Part shown: positions 58,091 through 64,000 of the stretch, in pieces
How positions within the stretch are numbered: position 1 is the first letter of the stretch
How the letters are laid out: the number at the start of each line of letters is the position of its first letter
Program-made: the position numbers and the translations under genes
NCBI GenBank assembly: GCA_900542295.1
Contig: UQNJ01000005.1
Location: 51,162 to 115,161, forward strand
Reading direction: 5' to 3'
Length of the DNA: 64,000 nucleotides
Origin: an uncultured Eubacteriales bacterium
GTDB taxonomy: Bacteria; Bacillota; Clostridia; Peptostreptococcales; Anaerovoracaceae
The notes under the pieces: generated by a model
What the model saw: the letters and a program-made list of their open reading frames with translations, nothing else
Told to the model about the DNA's origin: nothing
Databases searched by the model: none

Positions 58091-58291
58091 GTGATTATTT
58101 TGAAACAGCTGATATTGATCCTGATGATAATAGGCGGCATAAACTGGGGTCTTATAGGTTTCTTTAATTTCAATCTTGTTTCTGCCATATTCGGCAGCAT
58201 GGAAATCATAGAAAGAATTATTTATGCAGTAGTCGGCCTTGCTTCCCTATGGGGAATCAGTTTTCTATTCAAAACCAACCATCGTTCCTAA
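58091..58291 (+). CDS. DUF378-family small membrane protein
   Basis: 66 aa with 2 TM. GGINWGLIGFFNFNLVSAIFG...IYAVVGLASLW matches the DUF378 signature. Confidence 0.7.
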   Translation: MIILKQLILILMIIGGINWGLIGFFNFNLVSAIFGSMEIIERIIYAVVGLASLWGISFLFKTNHRS

Positions 58292-58301
58292 AAAATCACA
58301 T

Positions 58302-58326
58302 ATGGGGAACCTTACCGGTTCCCCAT
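58302..58326. terminator. Bidirectional terminator between the DUF378 gene (+) and the PC4-like gene (-)
   Basis: ATGGGGAACC-TTAC-CGGTTCCCCAT perfect 11-bp stem. Confidence 0.6.
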
Positions 58327-58330
58327 ACAC

Positions 58331-58582
58331 TTACTCGGATGTCTGTTTTTCAGCATCTTTAAAATATTTCCCCAATATTTTAATCAAAGCCTTGGCCTCT
58401 CCATCGTGAAGAGTAACACCTCTGCTCATCCTTTCGTGATTAGGATCCCAATCTCTTATATCAAGCTTAGGGTTACTGCCGTTCCATTCCACCAGGTTCA
58501 CTTCTTTTTTCCAACCCGTGGAATAAGTAGATAAATCCCCTAAATGTTCTTTAATTTCAAAGCTGAAATCGTCATCTTTCAT
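58331..58582 (-). CDS. PC4-like (YdbC-type) ssDNA-binding small protein
   Basis: 83 aa. The pattern LVEWNGSNPKLDIRDWDPNHERMSRGVTLHDGEAKALIKIL matches the bacterial transcriptional-coactivator-p15-like family. Confidence 0.6.
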   Translation of the reverse strand: MKDDDFSFEIKEHLGDLSTYSTGWKKEVNLVEWNGSNPKLDIRDWDPNHERMSRGVTLHDGEAKALIKILGKYFKDAEKQTSE

Positions 58583-58643
58583 ATAAATCTCTCCTTCCCC
58601 GAATCCCCTTGCAGATTTATTTTACCATTGCTGTAAAAATATG

Positions 58644-59891
58644 TCAATTATTTTGCGTACTTTCAATTGCTCTTTTAACAGCTTCCGGAAGTCTTATGCA
58701 ATCCTTTTCGGTGACGGATGAGCCGGCAAGCCTTAAGCCTTTTGCGAGAGGAACGGTAAAGATTCCCTCTTTTTCTAATAATGCAGCAGCTGCTTCCGGA
58801 TTGTCGCATGGTATGCTCATAAAGAAACCCGAGCGGAAAGGCAACGTTTTCAGTCCTATCTTTTCTGCCTCTTCTTTAAAGATCCTGCCTCTTTTTATAA
58901 GCATGTCACGATATTGTTTTCTTTCATCCATAACCTTTTTAAGAAGTGCCGGGTCATTATATATTTTTTCGAGTATAACCTGAGGAGCTTTGGTGCAGTT
59001 GGACCATGAGGCTCTTGATGAAAATTCGCATACTCGTTTAAATTCTTCGGCTTTCTCTTTTGATTTTGTCATACATACCATAGCTCCGCACCTTAGTCCA
59101 TACAAAGTGTATGCTTTGGATAGACTATGAGCTATTATTACAAAGGCATTATCGTCTATTTTTTCAAGATAAGGCAGAAAGCTGCGACTTTCCTCTTCTT
59201 CTCCTGCAAAATCCACATACGCAGCATCAACAAGAAGCGTTATCTTCTTTTCTTTTGAAACGCTTTCCAGAATAGATGTTACCGCCTCCCAATCATCATT
59301 TGTCAAAGCATATCCCGTAGGATTGTGGGAAGGTGTGTTTAGTATTATAACCAGTCTGTCCTGAGCTTTCAGTATCTCGTCTATGCTGTTTTTAAAGCTT
59401 TCTTTATTGAAATTGCCCTCGCTGTCAAATATTTCAAAAGTTTCAAGTCGTCTCTCCTGCTCTTGAACTATAGTATTGTATGGCGCCCAGTACCAGTCAG
59501 TCGTCAGCACAGCGTCTCCTCTTGAAGAGTAATTAGCGATTGTATTTCTTATAGCTCCGGTGCCTCCCGGTGTTGCAATAACCTCAGTAAAGCAATCAGG
59601 CTTAAAACTTCTGAAAACATCTTTTTTAACCGCTTCCTTAAAGCCCGGAGTTCCTCCTATAGGGGAATATTCCGCATAGTCAAGCGGAGAAAGACTTCTG
59701 AACACTTCATCTACCGATGACAGCACTATAAGCTTTCCTTCATCGTCAAGCAAGGCTCCTATGGTAGCGTTTATAACTTTATCTTTTCCCTCCTTAGCGG
59801 CCATCGCTTTTGCACGATTGCTTATGCCGAATATTTTGTCTTCTGTCGGAATATTTCTTCCGTTTTGCGAAGCAAAAATCATTTCTGTCAT
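58644..59891 (-). CDS. PLP-dependent aminotransferase class I, paralog of 22538-23773
   Basis: PLP-lysine motif SLSKAYTLYGLRCG. Collinear with the other copy. RBS AAGGAGG. Confidence 0.8.
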   Translation of the reverse strand: MTEMIFASQNGRNIPTEDKIFGISNRAKAMAAKEGKDKVINATIGALLDDEGKLIVLSSVDEVFRSLSPLDYAEYSPIGGTPGFKEAVKKDVFRSFKPDCFTEVIATPGGTGAIRNTIANYSSRGDAVLTTDWYWAPYNTIVQEQERRLETFEIFDSEGNFNKESFKNSIDEILKAQDRLVIILNTPSHNPTGYALTNDDWEAVTSILESVSKEKKITLLVDAAYVDFAGEEEESRSFLPYLEKIDDNAFVIIAHSLSKAYTLYGLRCGAMVCMTKSKEKAEEFKRVCEFSSRASWSNCTKAPQVILEKIYNDPALLKKVMDERKQYRDMLIKRGRIFKEEAEKIGLKTLPFRSGFFMSIPCDNPEAAAALLEKEGIFTVPLAKGLRLAGSSVTEKDCIRLPEAVKRAIESTQNN

Positions 59892-60062
59892 TGGTTAGCT
59901 TCCTCCTTAATATTTTGAAATTTTATTATAGCATATTCATCTTATTTATACCAGTCGGATATTGCAAAAATTGCGCAAAAATAATTAACAGCTCTTTCTT
60001 AAATTAACTCTGTATGAAATCCGGAATTTCGGCAAACAATATCTATAACTGGAGGTGAAAAT

Positions 60063-60740
60063 ATGCGTCAAGCACAAAAGAAAAAGGATAAAGACAAGGT
60101 TGCTATAGTTCTGATATTAGCGTTTTGCGTAATCGCTCTGACCTCGATTTTTACTTTAAAATCAAATATAGATAAAATCAACAATAAGGATTCAAATCTG
60201 CCTGTTTCCGAAAATACCAAAGCAGATGAACCCGCCGAGGAAAATACACCTGCGCCTGATACTTCAAAAGAGGCTTCTTCTGATATTCCTACCATAGACA
60301 GCCGTGATAACGAAAAGGGTGTTTCTGAATTTATAAATCCCGTAAAATCAGAACAGGCTGCCGTAACAAATCCGTATTCCATGGATAAATTGATATACTC
60401 AGTAACTCTTGACCAGTACATGACTCACTGCGGTATTGATATAGAAGCCCCCGAAGATACTCAGGTGCTTGCGGTGGCTGACGGAACGGTTACTGCTGTT
60501 TATGAGGATGACCGCTACGGACTTTCCATAGAGATTACCCATGCAGATGACATTATAACCATATATTCAAATCTTTCTACTGATGAAATGGTCGAAGCAG
60601 GCGACACTGTAACTGCCGGTCAAATAATCGGCGGCGTCGGTTCCACAGGTCTGTTTGAAGCTCTGGAGCCGGCTCATCTGCACTTTGAAATGCTTAAGGG
60701 CGGAGCGTATGTAAATCCTGCGGACTATATAACTTTTTAA
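60063..60740 (+). CDS. M23-family metallopeptidase (LytM domain) with N-terminal membrane anchor and a low-complexity linker
   Basis: The C-terminal M23 motifs HCGIDIEAPEDTQVLAVADGTV...GSTGLFEALEPAHLHFEM include the HxxxD and HxH zinc ligands. RBS GGAGG. Confidence 0.85.
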   Translation: MRQAQKKKDKDKVAIVLILAFCVIALTSIFTLKSNIDKINNKDSNLPVSENTKADEPAEENTPAPDTSKEASSDIPTIDSRDNEKGVSEFINPVKSEQAAVTNPYSMDKLIYSVTLDQYMTHCGIDIEAPEDTQVLAVADGTVTAVYEDDRYGLSIEITHADDIITIYSNLSTDEMVEAGDTVTAGQIIGGVGSTGLFEALEPAHLHFEMLKGGAYVNPADYITF

Positions 60741-60745
60741 CATCA

Positions 60746-60803
60746 AAAAGGACTGAAATGCCTTTTGCAAGCCGTCTTGCAATCGTACGCTTTCAGTCCT
60801 TTC
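60746..60803. terminator. Compound bidirectional terminator
   Basis: Outer stem AGGACTGAAA / TTTCAGTCCT enclosing an inner hairpin TTGCAAG-CCGT-CTTGCAA. A/T runs flank both sides. Confidence 0.6.
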
Positions 60804-60808
60804 GTCTG

Positions 60809-61438
60809 CTAAGTCAGTAAGTCGAAATACTCCTTGTCTGTTATTTTGCTTTCTATTTCATCATATGAGGGAGCCTCAAGTCCGTTGTTTTCAAGGTATC
60901 TTGATACCTTTCCGTGGGTTACGGCAGCAGGAGCTTGATATTTTTTGTTGTATTCCCAATATTCCCTCACTGTCATTCCCATTCCGTCCGCATATGCGCT
61001 TATAAGGTGTCTGCCCTCGTCTGTAGCGTCATATTCTCCGGCAGTATATTCCACATACTCTTTAATCTCTTCTAAAGTGGGCGCTATCCCCTTCGCTTCC
61101 GCAAAGTGTTTTTCCCAGAATTCCAGCTTAATGGAATTCCACGCTTCTTGCTTAGGATCTTCGTAATTCAAAGGATTGCTTTTATAGGAGTAATATCTTA
61201 CTTCAAAATAAAGCTTGCTTATCCTTTCTCCTTCTACTTCTCCCACATACTCAGCTAAGTCTGATGAATTATACCTGCCGCCTGCTTCATTTAAAGCAGA
61301 CACCGCTTCTGCCATGCCGGTTCCCGCTTGCTTGAACTCATCTTCTCCTTGAAATTTTTTCAATAAGGCGTTGCCACCAACGGTAGTAGCAATAAACAAA
61401 ATTAGAAGCATTCCTATAATTATAATTTTTCTTTTCAT
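60809..61438 (-). CDS. Hypothetical exported/membrane-anchored protein
   Basis: N-terminal signal/anchor MKRKIIIIGMLLILFIATTVG. 209 aa, acidic. No recognisable family. Confidence 0.5.
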   Translation of the reverse strand: MKRKIIIIGMLLILFIATTVGGNALLKKFQGEDEFKQAGTGMAEAVSALNEAGGRYNSSDLAEYVGEVEGERISKLYFEVRYYSYKSNPLNYEDPKQEAWNSIKLEFWEKHFAEAKGIAPTLEEIKEYVEYTAGEYDATDEGRHLISAYADGMGMTVREYWEYNKKYQAPAAVTHGKVSRYLENNGLEAPSYDEIESKITDKEYFDLLT

Positions 61439-61450
61439 TTCTAATTCCTC

Positions 61451-61987
61451 CTAAGCTATTCTTTTGGGAGTGGCAACACTTAAAATAAGTTCAGCATTGG
61501 GATCTGCGAAATATGTATCTGGTACTGCAAATGTAAATGTCCCCTCTTCCATTAATGAATAATAAAACGATTTATTAGGGTTTCCATTATATGAATAATA
61601 CACATGAGTTCCCGGTGAAACGATTGCTCCATGATTTTGCCAAAATGGATTGACAGTTGGTCTAATTAATCTTGAAACAGTTGTCCCATAGTCAACAGTT
61701 TCATCAACACCAGCTATAATAACTTCTCCAACACCATATGTATGCTTTGGTCTCATCGTTGCCGCAACAAACAAATTATTAACAGTATAAGGCATCCCAG
61801 AGTTATTATATTGTGCAGTAATTTCGAAATTAACACCCCATATTGACGCACCATATGTTGTATGTATTCCATAAAACCGTTCCGTCTTTTCCGCTGTCTT
61901 TGAGGCTGCATTGACTGTTAAAAATGAAGAAAAAAATGTCATTATAATAAATAAGCCTATAATTGATATTTTTAAATTCCTTTTCAT
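61451..61987 (-). CDS. Hypothetical secreted protein
   Basis: N-terminal signal peptide MKRNLKISIIGLFIIMTFFSSFLTVNAAS. 178 aa, Tyr/Asn/Gly-rich. No recognisable family. Confidence 0.5.
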   Translation of the reverse strand: MKRNLKISIIGLFIIMTFFSSFLTVNAASKTAEKTERFYGIHTTYGASIWGVNFEITAQYNNSGMPYTVNNLFVAATMRPKHTYGVGEVIIAGVDETVDYGTTVSRLIRPTVNPFWQNHGAIVSPGTHVYYSYNGNPNKSFYYSLMEEGTFTFAVPDTYFADPNAELILSVATPKRIA

Positions 61988-62095
61988 AAAATTTCCTCCC
62001 TCTACACTTTCAAGAATTATAATACACGCTGACTACTATTTGATAAAATATTATCACATTGTCTAATGTTATTCAACCCTTTAATTGCAACAAGC

Positions 62096-62731
62096 TTATC
62101 TGAATTTTACGAAATTTATATTTTTTCCTGCCGAGGAGAACCTGTCCTCATATTCTGTAGTGAAATCTTTGGAGTCTATGGAGCTATTGTGTAAATCACG
62201 AGTTGCCGAGACTATATCAAGCCCTGCTTCTTTTATCTCTTCGATTGAAAACTCATACAATCCGTCGTTATCGGTTTTAAACTCGATATACCCGTCCGCA
62301 GCCATAACTTTTTTATAGTTCAACAGCCTTTCTCTGTATGTCAGTCGCCTTTTAAAGTGGCGAGCTTTAGGCCAAGGGTCACTGAAATTCAAATATATTC
62401 CGGCAAGTTCTCCGTCCTCAAAATATTCGCTCAAATCATTTACATAATCTATGAATATTCTAAGGTTTTCAAGCTGATGCTCCTGCGCCTTTTCGAGAGC
62501 ACGAAGCGCAACATTACTCTGTCCCTCAATTGCTATATAATTGGCCTGTGGACATTCCATAGCTCTTTTTATTATGAACTGTCCTTTTCCGCAGCCTATT
62601 TCCAGAAATATCGGATTTTCATTTCCGAAAACTCTCGCCCAGTTGCCTTTACATGCTTTAGGATTTTCTACAAGAAAAGCTGAATTCTGCTTCAGCTTTT
62701 CATCAAGGTTCTTTATATTTCTCTGTCTCAT
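62096..62731 (-). CDS. trmB: tRNA (guanine46-N7)-methyltransferase
   Basis: SAM-binding LEIGCGKGQF and the TrmB motif NFSDPWPK. Confidence 0.9.
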   Translation of the reverse strand: MRQRNIKNLDEKLKQNSAFLVENPKACKGNWARVFGNENPIFLEIGCGKGQFIIKRAMECPQANYIAIEGQSNVALRALEKAQEHQLENLRIFIDYVNDLSEYFEDGELAGIYLNFSDPWPKARHFKRRLTYRERLLNYKKVMAADGYIEFKTDNDGLYEFSIEEIKEAGLDIVSATRDLHNSSIDSKDFTTEYEDRFSSAGKNINFVKFR

Positions 62732-62732
62732 T

Positions 62733-63533
62733 TTACAATAATTGCGATTCTATGATTATTACCGCCAAAAATACGACCATCAAAACCATAGAAACATAAT
62801 CCCTCTTCTTAAATTTCATTTCGTGCATGCGGGTGCGATTCTCGCCGCCCCTGTAACATCTTGCTTCCATGGCCATCGCCAAATCCTGTGCAATTCTGAA
62901 CGCTCCTACAAAGAGAGGAACCAGAATTGGAATAAGACTCTTGGCTCTTTGCATCAAGCTCCCCGATTCAAAATCAGCACCTCTTGCTTGCTGTGCTTTC
63001 ATTATCTTGTCAGCCTCTTCAAGCAGAGTCGGAATAAACCTAAGTGCTATGGTCATCATCATAGCTATATCGTGGGCAGGAAGTCCTATTTTTTTAAACG
63101 GAGAGAGCAGCCTCTCAATACCATCTGTCAATGCCAAAGGTCTTGTACACAGAGTCAGCATTGATGATCCCATGAGAAGAAGCACAAGCCTGATAGCCAT
63201 AAATACGGCGACCTCAAGACCTTCTTTTGTTATCTTGAGGAATTTCCACTGCCACAAGATGTGTCCGTCAACCATAAATATATTGAGGGCAAAGGTGAAA
63301 ACGAGAATCAGCAAAATAGGCTTAAGTCCTCGCATTATATAGCTAACCGGCACCTTTGAAACAGCAATAATGATTCCCAATACTGCACCTGCTATCAAAA
63401 ACCCTATAAAATTGTCTACTATGAACAGTTCTATAATAAAAGCAAGTGTTGCTATTATCTTTATTCTCGGGTCAAGCTTGTGTATCTGTGAATTGCCCGG
63501 AAAATACTGTCCGAGAGTTATATCTCTTAGCAT
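62733..63533 (-). CDS. ecfT: Energy-coupling-factor transporter transmembrane component EcfT
   Basis: 266 aa with 5-6 TM and a conserved C-terminal ARG-containing coupling helix (AQQARGADFESG). Confidence 0.85.
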   Translation of the reverse strand: MLRDITLGQYFPGNSQIHKLDPRIKIIATLAFIIELFIVDNFIGFLIAGAVLGIIIAVSKVPVSYIMRGLKPILLILVFTFALNIFMVDGHILWQWKFLKITKEGLEVAVFMAIRLVLLLMGSSMLTLCTRPLALTDGIERLLSPFKKIGLPAHDIAMMMTIALRFIPTLLEEADKIMKAQQARGADFESGSLMQRAKSLIPILVPLFVGAFRIAQDLAMAMEARCYRGGENRTRMHEMKFKKRDYVSMVLMVVFLAVIIIESQLL

Positions 63534-64000
63534 TTTTCATTCCCTTTATTTCTTAAATATTCTGCTATCGCATCGGCTGCATCGTCAATAGACAATATAG
63601 TCTCAGGTATGTTTATCCCCCGATGTCTCAGTTCTTCTGTCAGCTGTGTAACAGGCGGCAAATCAAGGCCAACCTCTGCCAGCTCTTCTCTGTGAGAAAA
63701 CACTTCTTTAGGAGTACCTATCGCAACCATACGGCCGCTGTCTATCACCAATATCTTGTCGGACAATCTTGCTATATCAGCCATATTGTGAGAAACCAAT
63801 ATAGTTATATTTCCTGTCTTTTGGTGAACTTCTTCTATCATGTGAAGAACATCTTTATGAGCTTTTGGGTCAAGGCCTGCCGTAGGCTCGTCTAAAATTA
63901 AAACCTCCGGTCTCATTGCAATTACTCCGGCTATTGCAACTCTCCTTTTTTGACCTCCCGAAAGTTCAAAAGGAGACTTGTCCTTAAATTTTTCATAATC
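63527..64000 (-). CDS. ecfA: ECF transporter ATPase component EcfA (partial; the N-terminus lies beyond the window end)
   Basis: ABC ATPase C-terminal part with D-loop and Walker B LILDEPTAGLDP and H-loop VSHNM. The reading frame continues to the window end and includes the ABC signature ...FELSGGQKRRVAIAG. Confidence 0.85.
   Translation of the reverse strand, partial: DYEKFKDKSPFELSGGQKRRVAIAGVIAMRPEVLILDEPTAGLDPKAHKDVLHMIEEVHQKTGNITILVSHNMADIARLSDKILVIDSGRMVAIGTPKEVFSHREELAEVGLDLPPVTQLTEELRHRGINIPETILSIDDAADAIAEYLRNKGNEKC

Noticed and set aside
1-64000. CRISPR arrays, tRNA/rRNA genes and IS/transposase/integrase genes.
   Set aside because: No direct-repeat/spacer periodicity was seen. No tRNA-like cloverleaf was found in the intergenic regions inspected, and no transposase or integrase-like ORF is present.

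Overview
This is a 64-kb chromosomal window from a low-GC Gram-positive anaerobe, judged by codon usage and gene order to be a Clostridia-type Firmicute. The conserved, high-confidence content is: the ffs-dnaX-ybaB-recR-(yaaL)-bofA block, ligA-pcrA, a complete S10-spc-alpha ribosomal-protein/secY/adk/map/infA super-operon (38.2-53.9 kb, minus strand), a pseudouridine/uridine salvage operon (psuG-psuK-udk-like), trmB and ecfT/ecfA. The rest is accessory-looking catabolic DNA, all called from motifs recognised by eye. (i) 1-5.1 kb: a PFL2/glycerol-dehydratase-family glycyl-radical enzyme (RVAGY glycine loop, GCVE Cys loop) and its radical-SAM activase, next to a divergently transcribed 620-aa AraC-family regulator that carries an unusual ~330-aa C-terminal domain. 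(ii) 5.2-11.4 kb: xpt, then an operon encoding an SsnA/MtaD-like amidohydrolase and a DMT-like membrane protein behind a canonical sigma-54 promoter (TGGCAC-N5-TTGC), downstream of genes for a RocR-like PAS/sigma-54 activator and an NSS-family Na+ symporter. (iii) 22.1-28.3 kb: a hybrid Na+-translocating decarboxylase operon carrying both an acyl-CoA carboxyltransferase and an OadA-type 2-oxoacid carboxyltransferase, plus OadG, a biotin carrier, OadB, an aminotransferase and an AsnC regulator. (iv) 28.5-37.2 kb: an IclR-controlled island encoding an NhaC transporter, a second copy of the amidohydrolase and of the DMT-like protein, a CapA-family protein, a dihydropyrimidinase/hydantoinase-like cyclic amidohydrolase and an M20 carbamoylase-like amidase. 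This island is the best candidate in the window for an undescribed anaerobic N-heterocycle (ureide/hydantoin/nucleobase-type) degradation pathway. I saw no rRNA, tRNA, CRISPR array or obvious mobile element. Several structured non-coding elements (S10 leader attenuator, a long rpsJ-rplC spacer, terminator palindromes, an AT-rich islet with an orphan ORF) are reported as findings.
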